Origin: Antedon mediterranea
Lineage: Eukaryota > Animalia > Echinodermata
Reading direction: 5' to 3'
Assembly: GCF_964355755.1 (NCBI RefSeq)
Contig: NC_092675.1
Span: 1,173,812 to 1,237,811, forward strand
DNA: 64,000 bases
Position numbers and translations under genes: made by a program. The notes beneath the pieces were generated by a model. It ran no database searches and had not been told where the DNA came from. It worked only from the letters and a program-made list of their open reading frames with translations. Shown piece by piece: positions 1-13,261 of this stretch. Each line of letters starts with the position of its first letter. Position 1 is the first letter of the stretch.

Positions 1-3000
1 GAACTTTGTCATAGCCCAGGCTCTGAACCAAAATCCAGACGCGATGAAGTCGTAGGTTTTCACTTTTATTATTCTATTTGTTGCATGAGAAGCTGTTATA
101 ATTCCAGTATGATTATTTGGGAAACATATTTTGTTTATTCTCAATTATTACAAAGTTGATACAAAGCGAAAATCATTATTATTTTGTGATTTTTGTTATG
201 ATATTTTCTTTGTTATTTATGTATCAGTGCCACATTTATTTTGATGTTTGTCTTTTGCGAAGTTAGTGAGTGTTGACAGTGATGAATGTGTTTGTTACCT
301 TTTTAATATGCCTGTGTGTGTTGATATGTGTTATATATTATAACACAATGTAAGGGATCATAATTGTGTGTTGCTTGATGAGAGATACTGTATATCATCT
401 ACTGTAGTAGTACTGTAGATGGCATATGGCAAACATTAAGAGTGGGTAGAAATAAATAAATATAGTTATATATTAAATAATTTGAATAGCTATGCAAACC
501 TAGGTTTATTGGAGGTTATAAAAAGATTTCTTGGTGTGCTATATTAAAATAAGGCTGTGTGGAGAGAGAGCCTTAGAATTTATAATAAGTAAGAGTAATG
601 AAATCTGTGTTGGTTGACTCTGCCCAAACAACATGAGATTAATATTACCAGCCAGTGCCAACCTCAATTGCAAAAAGAACAAAATGTTTAAATATAAGAG
701 AATTAATAATTTAAAAAAAAAACATTTTACCCAAATTAACAGATTCTCTAAATAAACTAAAGCGCTGTAATTGTAACCTCTAGTTGTAGATAGCATGTTT
801 TTGATTTTAGCCTCTGCAACTTGATGCATGGAGATTTATTCAGAAGAATAAATTAGAAAAGAAAACATTTAGATATGTAATACATACAACTGTATCTTTT
901 TAAAGATATAAATTATATAGCTATAAAATAAATAAACTCATTCCCACCCAATTGAAAGCTAGTAGACCAAAATATTGGAATTATTCTAACAATATATTTA
1001 ACCATATTATTATTATAGTGATTTATACAGCGCTTTTCCTAGAGACGAAAGCGCTGTATAAAAATAGGAGTCACATTTAAAATAAAATTAATTAAATCAG
1101 ATGTATGGTAATATCGATCATCAGTTGTATAACGTAAACACAGACATTTTTACCCACACTCAAACTTGCCTATTATTGATAAATATGGTCATAAACAAGG
1201 TATAGATAGAAAATGAAAGTATACTTGCTTATTGGTCAATTAATGTCAAGTGGATAGAGAAAGCATTGGTCAATTAATGTCAAGTGGATAGAGAAAGCAG
1301 AACAAATTAATATTAGAAACCATAATAGATTGAAATGGAAGATCATGTGAACTACAGATAATTATTTTAAAATAATGTACTTGATTCTAAAATAAAATGA
1401 ATGCATGAGCACACAGTTGCTATGGTTTCCCAAGCATTATTAGGATACACTACTCGTGCAAATTAGTTATTTTAGTTTTAACCTTTATTTGTCACTGTTC
1501 AAATTAAAAACGTTTTTTAAATAAAACGCATAAAATTAAACTTTTTCATATTTGGCTCGTGTCCGTTTGAGTATACTTTTAAAGAAGGTTTGGATATTTT
1601 AATCTTTGTAAAATTTTCTTTAAATATTGTTAAAATAATGTTGTAAATACAATATTTCTTATATGTGTTTGTTTTAGTCTATAGGTCGCTACTGAAACAA
1701 TTTGTACTTCTGAAAATTATCTTTTGGATATTATGAAATTTATGAAACTCATTATGTTTTTGAATATTTTGATGATTGATTTATTTCAGTGTTTGTGGAA
1801 TTCAACCAGTGTTCACTGTTCAAAACAAAGTTTCCCATCAAATTCCTTGGGAAAAGGAATCAGGTCCAACATCTCCGCGGTAATGATAAATAAAAAAAAA
1901 CATAGTAGTCCCATTCTCATTTGCATGTTTAAATTTAAGAACCTTTGCTTGTTGTAGTTTTATCATTCATCGTATGTGTGCAAGTGATTTTAGGTATTTT
2001 AATCTGTAGATGCCAACCTAGTCTTGATGTTCAGATTATATTCCACATGATTGCTATGTGTGCACTAACACCACATCGGCATGGAAACATGTGATGTTCC
2101 ACACAGGGTAGTAGTCTTATTGTTCCAGACTAGCATGGAAACATGTTCATTTCCACACAGGGTAATAGTCTTATTGTTCCAGACTTACTAATATCACATC
2201 AGCATGACAACATGTTTATTTCCACACAGGGTAGTAGTCTTATTGTTCCAGACTCGCTAATACCACATCAGCATGGAAAGTACATGTTCATTTCCACACA
2301 GGGTAGTAGACTTTAATATCTCAATAATAATCACTAATAATAATGTTTTTGAGAACCATTTTCATCAGTTTTGCTCTTTGTGTTTAAAGTGCAATATTCA
2401 GTTAATTTAATCTTCATCTATACTATCAAACTAGTTTGACAAACAAAGTTTGATGCAATATGGTAGTGATATGCTCATATATGGTAGTGATATGACATCA
2501 TGTCCATATATGGGCACACCACATTTTTTTGTCACATAATGTTTGATAGTGTAGACAAGGCTTTAGATTACCAGTTCCTTCAATCTTTTGATTAGTGTAT
2601 TCATCATTTCCTTTATAGAGATTTAAAAAACATTAATATATTAAAATGAACATTTAGTGGAATGTTAAATATCATAAATGTAACAAACCCCTGGGGAAGG
2701 GGTGGTTGTGAGGAGATAAAGAGGTTGAAGAATTTAAAACTCTATCAAATGTATGTGACAAAAAAAATGTGATGTGCCATGGACATGATGATGTCATATC
2801 ACTACCATGTTTGACCACATCACACTTTTTTGTCAAACTAGTTTGATAATATACAGTAGACTTAGGCCTAAGTCTACTATTTGAATTTGAATCTACCATT
2901 TGTGATTCAAACCAACAGTGTAAAACACTAAATCACATATCATATATGAAATTATGAAATCCTGCATAAGGTGTGTGAGTGAGCTGACTCACTCAAATTG

Positions 3001-6000
3001 GACTTTGTTTTTACTGTGGGTAGACATTTAGTAGGCCTATATTTTAAGACATACATTGCAGATAACATAACAGAAAAAAACATAGTTGAGATTATGTAGA
3101 TACTGGTTTATAAGTGTCAGTATATTTGTGATTTTGGTTATTGAGAGAATTTCTATCAAATAACATATATCTCATTAACAAATCATTGGTTGATTGATGT
3201 TAAATTAACTTGGTTTTATTCGTTTATCGAAAAAAAAAAAATGTTTAGAGTGTATGTTGTGGAGAAATAATAAATTGTGTAAAACCAACTTGAACCTTAA
3301 TACATAATAAACTCTTTTTCAAAACCTTCAAAATGTTTATGTAATATTCTGTAATTGTAAAAATAATCTATTTTATTGTTACAGTGCAGGTGTGTGAGTG
3401 TATGTGTTATTGGTTTTCTACCTTGTTAGGAGTGTTTATAATTTCTCGTTCGTCATTCCATTTTTCATAAAAATATTTGTGACATTATTCCCATTATTAA
3501 CCAACATCTTCATCATTCATATTCATTTTGTTATAAACAAGAAAAACTAATTCAAGTTTTATTTTTGATATTTGTTTTTATGGTTAATTTCTATGTTCTA
3601 TAATATCCTTTTATTTTATTTTTTATTTGGTTTATCGTGATTATAAAAGAAATATTGGCGTGTATAAAAAACATTCTCACAAATGACAGAGTACGCCATG
3701 TTTTTTTGCATACTTATTAAATATATAAAAACATATATACAAACAAGATACACAACGCCGAAGACATCCTTTTAGGAATACTTCTATTTAAGTTTTTCTA
3801 ATGAAAACATATAAATACTCTAATTTATTTGTGAAAATGTTATAAAATATGTGATTTCTTTCAATTTTGTTTTAATTTGACTTTCTCACACCAGTTGTTT
3901 AGTTTTTGTTGGAATTGTTAAAATTCACATTTTAATCAACATGTGTTTTCAGTTAATTACAAATTTACTTGTTTTGATATAATTATTAATATTATTATTA
4001 TTAATTATTAATCAGATTTTGATAATGTGGTGTTTATTCTAAATTTGCATGGTAAACTTCTTGCATGTTTATTGCAGTTTTGACGACGAGGATCTCCCAC
4101 CACCTCCGTCGCCTACTGAATTACAACCATACGATGTTTCATCGCAGTCAAATGATTTTCCAGCTCCGCCCCCTCCTCCACCTCCTCCCCCAGGTCCAGA
4201 GTTCACCATAAACGTTGCCAAGCCTATGGGGTTACAGATGAAGCGAAGTCCACCACCGGATGTTCCCGTCTATAAAGCTCCGGGGTAAAATATTAAAAAA
4301 ATATTATTTTAAAATTACTTTAAACACAAAATTATTGATTGTAACACTTAATTCTTAATAATCAATGTATTCGTGCAAAACCAAGTTTCATAACTTTATA
4401 AAAAACTTGAAAATTTGAAAAATTGATTATCAAATCATGATAATTATGATTAGAAAAAATGTTTGTATTAAATATTCCAAACTTAACCTTTTTAAGGGGT
4501 TTTGTATGTATACATTGAACTTTAGCATTTACTAACTTTAAAGCACAGCACCGCTTCAATCTTCCTTTTCCCATTTCTTCTTCATTATTCTTTCCCAATC
4601 TTTATCCCATTTCTTCCATTTTCTGTTTCCCTGACATAGTATACTCCAACTTTAATTTTAATTTATATTTTAAACTAAAAGTGTGGATTTTATTAATAAA
4701 ATATTTGTTTGTTAATATTTTGGAGTGTACTCATTTATGAGAAACTGAAAACAATAACAAATACAGGAACTTTTCGATCCATAATTTATTCTTTTCCCTT
4801 TTATTTCTCCGCTCATTTACGCAAACCCTCAGGATGCTTTTGACGTTAGCATTGTTTTGTGTCAAATTTGAGTTGAAGATTATTGTTACAGTTAGTTAGC
4901 TCCCATAGAAAAATCATAAGTTCATATTAATTTAAAAAAATTATCTGCAAATATGTGATATGCAACTCCCGAAAACCTACATACCTGACCCAGGGTTGGT
5001 GAGTACATAACCTAAAAGTTGGATCGAAAAGTACCAATTACTTGATTTAATGCATATTATTTTAAAAACACACTTACTGCACAAATTTCCTTTGTTTGCT
5101 ATTCTCTGTCTTGTTTATTATAATCCTAAATATATCATCCATGTTTATCATGCATCTCCATTTACTTTACATTCCTTAATTATCATTTAAAAGTGAATTA
5201 TCATTTCATAAAATGATGCAGAAGTCTTCTTGTCTTGTATGCATTGTGTGACCGTTGCTTGGAATGAATATGTATATGTTAAAATACTGTACTAGTGTCA
5301 AAATCATCAAAATATAGAATTCTAATTTGATCCGTTGGCAGTTTTTCAAATATTCTTGATCTATATTCCCACCAGACGCACATTTTGCCTTGGTCATGCT
5401 AATACACACAGCAGGAGGTGACAATACTTCAGTGTGTGAACACAGACACAATTCAAATTCAAAGCAAATCTCATAATTTCTGTGCGAATCCATGTCTTAA
5501 CTAAGTCTTCACATTGTATACCAAATTCAAATGATTTGTATAAGTATCATTGTTTTAGAGAGGTCAGACCATTGAAATGATTTGTATAAGTATCATTGTT
5601 TTAGAGAGGTCAGACCATTCAAATGATTTGTATAAGTATCATTGTTTTAGAGAGGTCAGACCATTCAAATGATTTGTATAAGTATCATTGTTTTAGAGAG
5701 GTCAGACCATTCAAATGATTTGTATAAGTATCATTGTTTTAGAGAGGTCAGACCATTCAAATGATTTGTATAAGTATCATTGTTTTAGAGAGGTCAGACC
5801 ATTCAAATGATTTGTATAAGTATCATTGTTTTAGAGAGGTCAGACCATTCAAATGATTTGTATAAGTATCATTGTTTTAGAGAGGTCAGACCATTCAAAT
5901 GATTTGTATAAGTATCATTGTTTTAGAGAGGTCAGACCATTCAAATGATTTGTATAAGTATCATTGTTTTAGAGAGGTCAGACCAGAAAGGTCAAAGTAG

Positions 6001-9000
6001 CAAGTATTTTTTGCATTAGTACAGTATTTAACAAATTCAGAAATATAATTTTCATGAAGTTATGTCAAACATACATATTAATTGCAGAAGAAAGTATATG
6101 AATGATAAATATTACAGGCTAATGCATTACAATTGTCCTGAAATAAATAAATATAATAACTAGTAATATTTATAGAATAAAAAAAAATACACAAAACTGA
6201 GAAACTGAACATCATAGAAGCTTTGTTAACTGAGACACTAATTTTAGACAGCTTTTCTACCATATCCAGAAACTTGTAGTGAAATTCTAGATATACAAAA
6301 CCATCAATATAATATGCATGTTTTACAGTTTTTAAATGTATATATTAAATACAATTTTAAAATGAATGTTATATTCATACAATATGAAGGCTTCAAACGG
6401 TAGGTATGTGTCATCAACTAAAGCAAGAGGAAAGATAGTAAATAATTGTCAAAGCACTAAACAAAAAAGTGTTATATGTTTATGTGTTATATTGTTTGTG
6501 ATTTAAATACAAATTAATAGTAAAACAAATAATCAATTATATGATAGGCAATACATCTTATATTGGCCCTTTAGTATCAATTAAGGAAGTTACTCTGTCA
6601 CACAGAATCACATCATATCCTATTATCAATGCATCATGACCAGTATAAAAGAATCAACAATACTTCCTACAAAACTAGTCTACAATAAGTACTATCCCTT
6701 ATTATATTAATATATTGTTTTTCACTTTTTTCATTGCTTTTTCATCTTTGTGATTGGGTCACTTTTGCACTCACTCTTTTGTTCTCTTTGCTCTCTTGCC
6801 CTTGATTTCTATCCAGTGAGGACCAACCAGAAAGAATTAAAGTGATGTTTCTGCCGGATAATGGGTAACTACCAAATGCTTTTGCTTACTGTCTAACCAT
6901 GAATGAATAAATTAAAACTGTTATTCTTTGATGGTTTGTTGCTTGTGTTTAAATGTTTGTGAATGTACTTGCTTTTGTTATGGGATTTTCTAGTATGTAA
7001 TACCTTTATATTCTCACTATATCTTTAATATTGGATATCTATGAAACTTCCAAATTATTTCTCCATTGGAAATTTACTGCGATTGCCTTTTGAAGTGAGG
7101 AGCATTTTTAGACCAAAAAAGACTTAAACCAAAACACTATATTCTAGCTAGTAATGTCATGTAGGATATAGAGCAGCCTATCCCCTTGCGCAAGTGAGTA
7201 AGGGGGTGCAAGACTTAATACCAACGTGCCATGAGTATTCATTGCAAGTAGGAACTAAAATAATTTTTCTGAAACATTCCAGAAGCATGTGTTGTCAACC
7301 TGACTTGTTACTCCCTGTGTTTTGCTTGAAAAGAGTCAGTAGAATTGTGATTGGGAATATATGCTGTCTTGATCACTTTCATAGATCACAATCTTTCTTC
7401 GTACTGTACTTTTGTACAGTGAAAAGTGTTGGGGGGGGGGGGGGGGCATAATGTTTATACCCAATTCCATTACAACTAGTCACAACATGAAACCTAAAGG
7501 ACAGGTTTTTTTTTAATAACTCTTTGGTTACATTGTTAAAGAATTGGCTAATATTGAATAATATTAAATTATTCACTTTTAGCTAAATTTCAGATTAGTA
7601 TATCAAATTTGGAATTCCCGGGATAATGCTTGTACAAACTTTTCTAGTTTAGGTTTCATTTTATTTTATAATAAGGTAGGTATGAGACTAAACAAGAACA
7701 ACTTAAAATGAATTGAAATAATAAAACACAAAACATAAGTTTTTGTTGATGCTGAGAGCAGAAGCTTTCCAGAACTCCCAATATTATTTTAGTTTTATTT
7801 ATCCATTGTTATTCCAACAATGGAAAAGTTGTTTACACTTTTTATTTAATGTGTTCTTATTTATTAATGCTTTGCACACAATATTGTTACTTAGTGATCT
7901 GTGCATTTTTTCTTTATAAATATTTTTTTTTAAATGAATTGATATCAATTTCAGTATTGAAATTATTTGTTGCATGTTAAGCATGTTTATGTGAAATGTA
8001 TTGAGCTATAATTATTTGGATTACATGCTGTACATTTTATTTAACTGTTATTATATTTAAGTGTAAGTATTCAAGAATATTGTTGCAATGAAGTATAAAA
8101 CATTACAGTTTAGATTTTAATCACTGCCAATTGTGACATTTTTATTGTTTATTTACTATTATGATACTAAAATTGTTTTCATAATATTTATGCAAATCTT
8201 CCAGTAATAATTTTAAAGTGAAATGTTTGTTTTCAGAAAGAAAAGCACACCTAGCCAAGTTGCCCAGCAAGCACGCACAGTGAAGAATACTCAATCTCCT
8301 CAGGCATACGGCTCCTCACCACAAGCCTACACACCACCAAGACAACCAAGTAAGTACACTGATCGTCCCCATAATTTCAAGTACAAATGGGGTAGTAATT
8401 ATGTTTCAGCATAATGTATTTATATCTTTTTTGTCATTCTAGGTTTTTATTGATTGCACTCTATTTTGTATAGATAAAATAACAGAAAAGAATGTTAAAA
8501 GTAAATAATTATAATTGAATTTTCAGAAAACAATGTTCAGAAACTATACAGAAAATAATGGTAGTAGTAGGAAAAAAATGGTGTAGTAGACAAAACCAAA
8601 TTTATATATTAAAAAAATATTTGGCATATAGTAAAAATCTAAAGCATAGCCTTATGTAAGATTAAAATATAAATAATATTAAAGAAGATGAAAAAAACTA
8701 TAAAATAACGAAAACATTTAATTATTGTTTATCAAACAATTGAATGAATAAAAAAGAGAGATGCTAGAAAAAGCACAATAGTTCATTAAATATATTTTCA
8801 CTCCATATTTTTTCAGCTCCAAAGGCCACTGGGCCAGTGCTTCCAACGGTACCAGTGTTTAACCCTTCTCAATCGAGAATGCCATCAGCACCTACAGCTC
8901 CATTTTCAACAGTCCCTAGACCGTCAAACCCAGGAGTTCCTAAAGTCACCCCAACTGGCACACGCACACCAACATGTGAGGGATGTGGACAAATTATCAG

Positions 9001-11268
9001 GTATTCTTATAATTTGGAGAAGATACAACACTTTGAGTGAATTCATAGGTTTTAAATTAACTGATAAATAGCTTGATAACCATAAGAACAGTCTTTATAT
9101 TATACTGAAATTCATACAAAAATTAATTTCTGTCTTTATCATGAGTAACCTTTGATGCCTGTTTGGATCTCTAGGTATTTTTTTATTTCATACGCATCCA
9201 ACAGCAAGCACCTTAACCACCAAGCTACAACTCCACTACATTTATACCAACATTTGTATATTTTTCTTTTCTGTGTGACAGAGGGCCATTTGTGTCTGCT
9301 GTGGGTAAGAATTGGCATCCAGATCATTTTGTTTGTGTTCATTGTCACGAACCCCTCCAGAAAATTGGTTTTGTCGAAGAGAAAGGCAAAATGTATTGTG
9401 AGAAGGACTATAGTACCCTGTATGCTCCTAAGTGTAGCAAGTGTCTTCAGAGTGTTGTTGGGGTAAGTCTTTAAACATTCCTTTTTATCTAGGCCTAGCT
9501 CACTGACTTTCACTACTAGTATTATCACAAGGCGTAGCAATTCCAATGGATTTCTGTAAATGCACTCTTCTTTTGTATGCTGCAACCAATGCATCTGTTT
9601 CTGGCAGATGATTGTCAAATCATACCAAATTATCACCATCAAATAAAAAACTCTGTAATGGAATGATATGCCCATACCAATCTTGTAAATTCCATAGCCT
9701 GAAACAACTTGTTTCCATCAAAATACAAATATATTCTACACTATCAAACTTGACAAAAAAATCTGATGTGCTCAAATATGGTGGTGATATGCCCAAATGT
9801 GGTAGTGATATGACATCATCATGTCCATATATAGGCACATGACATTTTTTTGTCACGTAAAGTTTGATAGTTTAAAGTTTAATATTACTATTTAATAATG
9901 ATTTTTCAGAAATGTGTGAATGCCCTCGGAGGCCAATTCCATCCAGCCTGCTTCGTCTGCTTTCACTGCAATAAGCCAATAGAAGAGAGTGGATTCCATA
10001 CAAATGAAGGAAAAGTTTACTGTACTGCAGGTAAACTTTGTTTAGGATGCCTTAATTCAGCCACTTACGCTCTGTCTACATTGTCAAACAAAAAAATGTG
10101 ATGTGCTCAGATATATCACTACCATATTTGGACACATCACTCTTTTTTTGTAAAATAGTTTGATAGACAGGGCTTAAGATTACAAGCTGATCCCACTGTA
10201 TATGTATACAATCTTGCTGAATCTATCAGTATAAACTAATTTTCTGCTTATGAAGGGTATTTGAAATGGAGAGATGGACTGAACTCTAGTTTGTGTGTTT
10301 ATATAAACTGTATTTATTCACGAGACTGATCTACAGTACAACTTGTTCAATCAACATTGATTGTTTTTACACAAGTTTGTGATATTACAAATAATCCATA
10401 TAAATATGAAAAAAAAAGAAATAAAAAAATTAAAATTGAAAAGAAAAGTTTCTCTATATATCGACAGCTGCAATTTAGGCAGCTCAAAACATTGTTATAT
10501 TATTGATTTAGCATTTCTCTACACAGCAATAAAGATTAATGTTTTTCTCCTATTTAGACCACACTGCCTTATTCTCTGTGATGTGTGCTTCCTGTGAGTT
10601 TGCTATTGAACCTGGTGATGAATGGCTTGAAGCCCTTAGTGCTAGCTGGCATTCAAATTGCTTCAACTGCAATGTAGGTTATCAATATTTAATTTTTTTT
10701 AATGCTCTGTGCATCAAACTTTACTTAACAACACGAAGACACGACAATGCCATATCACTACCATATTTGGACATATCACTACCATATTTGGGCACATCAT
10801 CACTTTTGACAGAGCTTTACACACATGAATGTTAATTACAGAATGAAAAGTAAACTTTCACTGAAGATGAGACTTAATTGATTGAGTTGTTGCCCTATGC
10901 TGCACCAGTTCAGAAAAAAAAAACGAAGTCAATGTTTCCCACGCGGCTATACACATATCGATTGGTGCATATCCGCATGTAGCATCGTGAAAACAAAATA
11001 CTGAGGTTTGATTTTATTTGCCAGAGCCGAAAGCTAGACCCTTTAGGAGGTTTCAGACTTGCAATGTAAATTGTTAAATTTTTAACCTTTTAAATGTTAT
11101 GACATTTCTATTGAATAAATTCTTCAATTTGAATTTATTGGACGAGGCAGACATTTTACAAATGATCAAAATTATTTTTTTATTTATTTCCAGGCTTGTC
11201 AGATCAACTTAGAAGGTCATGGATTCTACGCAAAAAATGGTAAACCATACTGCCCCCAACATGCTTAA
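1..11268 (+). CDS. Enigma/ZASP-subfamily PDZ-LIM protein (PDLIM5/PDLIM7/LDB3-like), 5'-partial; the PDZ domain is not in the window
   Basis: Phase-consistent GT-AG exons: <1-51, 1790-1879, 4078-4284 (poly-Pro), 6817-6864, 8237-8349, 8817-9000, 9282-9462, 9910-10030, 10558-10673, 11194-11268 (TAA). They encode three LIM domains (CEGCGQIIRGPFVSAVGKNWHPDHFVCVHC; CSKCLQSVVGKCVNALGGQFHPACFVCFHC; CASCEFAIEPGDEWLEALSASWHSNCFNCNAC...KPYCPQHA*), the typical Enigma/LDB3/Zasp C-terminus. Exons before 8237 are less certain. Confidence 0.88.
2040..2310. repeat. imperfect ~55-70 bp tandem repeat
   Basis: Recurring TTCCACACAGGGTAGTAGTCTTATTGTTCCAGACT / GCATGGAAACATG. Confidence 0.75.
2410..2563. mobile_element. 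MITE family 1 copy
   Basis: Matches the 19807-19970 copy in reverse orientation; a second, inverted copy lies at 2738-2861. Confidence 0.7.
3385..3393 (+). other. candidate 9-nt microexon of the LIM gene
   Basis: TTTTATTGTTACAG|TGCAGGTGT|GTGAGT; frame-preserving in a phase-2 intron. Confidence 0.35.
4766..5035. mobile_element. MITE-like element with 16-bp TIR
   Basis: GGAACTTTTCGATCCA ... TGGATCGAAAAGTACC; no clear TSD. Confidence 0.5.
5521..5985. repeat. 46-bp minisatellite, ~10 copies (intronic)
   Basis: Unit AAATGATTTGTATAAGTATCATTGTTTTAGAGAGGTCAGACCATTC. Confidence 0.95.
9733..9872. mobile_element. MITE family 1 copy
   Basis: TCTACACTATCAAACT...GTCACGTAAAGTTTGATAG; further copies at 10068-10177 and 10703-10818. 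Confidence 0.7.
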
Positions 11269-13261
11269 ATATTTGAGTTAATACAGTAGTATCTATACAT
11301 TTGGCAACATAGTTTTATAGCTGTAAAAATAGTATAATAGTGAAATGCGGATACGTTTCGCTGAATTACAAGTTGTTTCACTAAAAAAATATGTATAAAA
11401 GGTATATTCATTTAGATTTAAAAGTGTCTTCCATAATTTATATATTATAAAATAAAATATTTTTGTGCCAAGCACTTCAAAGTTTAATTGGTAGATTTTA
11501 TAGTTTAGTATATTCTTCTGCAGAATTTCTTTAAAATAATAGCTTTATTGTTAATTAGAAGCTAATACCTTTATATGTCTCCTTGAGTTTAGTGTAAAGA
11601 CTAAGTCAAAAGAGATTCAAATATTATATTTTATTGATTTATATTTTAGTAATTGTTCGTTTAGTAGGTATATTAATTGTTAACAATTTGTGTGTAAAAA
11701 ATCACCATAGCTCTTTACTCTATACTTTGTGAATTTCCCCTAAATTTTGCAAATTGTAACGCAAAAGATAGGACACAATTAAATCAAATTAAGCTCAGCC
11801 CTTCATTTCACTATTTATAGGCACTGTCTCCAACCCTATTTCAAAATCCTGTATCCGCCACTGCAAACTTTACAGTGAAATGTTTGATAAATTAATACAT
11901 GCAACTCTCCAAAAACTGTGCACCTAGATTGGCCTAACAGAGCTGATCTGATACAGGAAAAATGATTGGTGGGGAAATATATTGAAGTATAGGTAGTCTC
12001 AGTATTACACTTAGTTTATTTATATGTTGTATTGTAGACCTAGAGATATTATTATTCTAAATCTTCAATCAGTATTATATTATGTGCAGAGCTTATCTAA
12101 TGCAATAGATGTCACTCTTTTCAGTTAAATTTAGGTTATTCACATTGGCTTTGTATGCATAATTACTATAGAAACAATTTAAAGTTGTTTTTTAAGTAAA
12201 ATAGAGTCAAATTTGATTTTTTTTATCACTATTTTACGATTGAATTGCTGTTAACTATGCTGTGGTTGTTTTTTTTAGAATCAATTGTTAAAAATTGAAA
12301 CTTAATTGAGAAATGGAATGTTTTACCATCAGAAGAGTGGTTACTTTCTATTGTAGTATTCACTTATGCAATTTTATCAACAAAAAAAATATAAAAAGCT
12401 AGATTATGTAGTATTTATCCTAATTAGTTTCTACTTAATATGTGTTTAACAAATTTACATACACTGTGGATTCAAAACTAATAAGATTAACCAATTGTAA
12501 TAATATGTACAGTAGTATTAACAAATAATGCATTTTGCTTTTTACCATTATAACTGGTATATGTCAAGTTTATAACAGAATAAACAGAAAAGTCAGACTG
12601 CCGGGTGACAAATAACATGTTAAAATATCACTAATCGTGTGACATATCCAGCATTGTCACATTATTTTGTGACAATTTGTTTATGGTAAAGACAGAATAC
12701 CATATTATGATTATCGCAAATACCACGTGTCAATTCTTTTAATATGACAGTTTCATGACACGCCATATTCATTGTGACAATCCTATGTTGTTAATAATTG
12801 TCATATCTTGTGACATCATATCAAACACTGTCACAACTAAGTATCTTGTTGAGTACAGGTAAGAACAGTCAAACATATCATTAGTACTATGTTATATGTG
12901 TCATCATGTTTATAATACTAAATTTGCCAGGTAGAAATAAACCAGCTTTGTAACTAATTGTGTCTTCATGTCTTATTTTGTTGTTTTGTTGAGTACAAAA
13001 GTCCAAGTAAAGATGAAAATGCAAGGATACACTTTAAAGCCGTGTTAAAAAATCCTGTATAAAATAGTATGTATATTCAATATTTTTGATTTTTGACTAT
13101 TTAATACAAATTAAATAACATTATATAATGTAATAACATTTCTTAACAAATAAAATCTGAAAAATTGTTTGATGAAGTATTAATAGAGAAGGCCTACTAT
13201 AAACAGAGTATTTATTTACAGTACTGTATTTATTAACGCACATGAATATTAAAACGGTACT

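Noticed and set aside
5376-5421. Alternative terminal exon of the LIM gene (RTFCLGHANTHSRR*)
   Set aside because: Only a weak acceptor supports it; nothing else in the sequence distinguishes it from intron.
9139-9675. 178-aa minus-strand ORF
   Set aside because: Antisense shadow of a LIM exon plus intron, with no recognisable domain.
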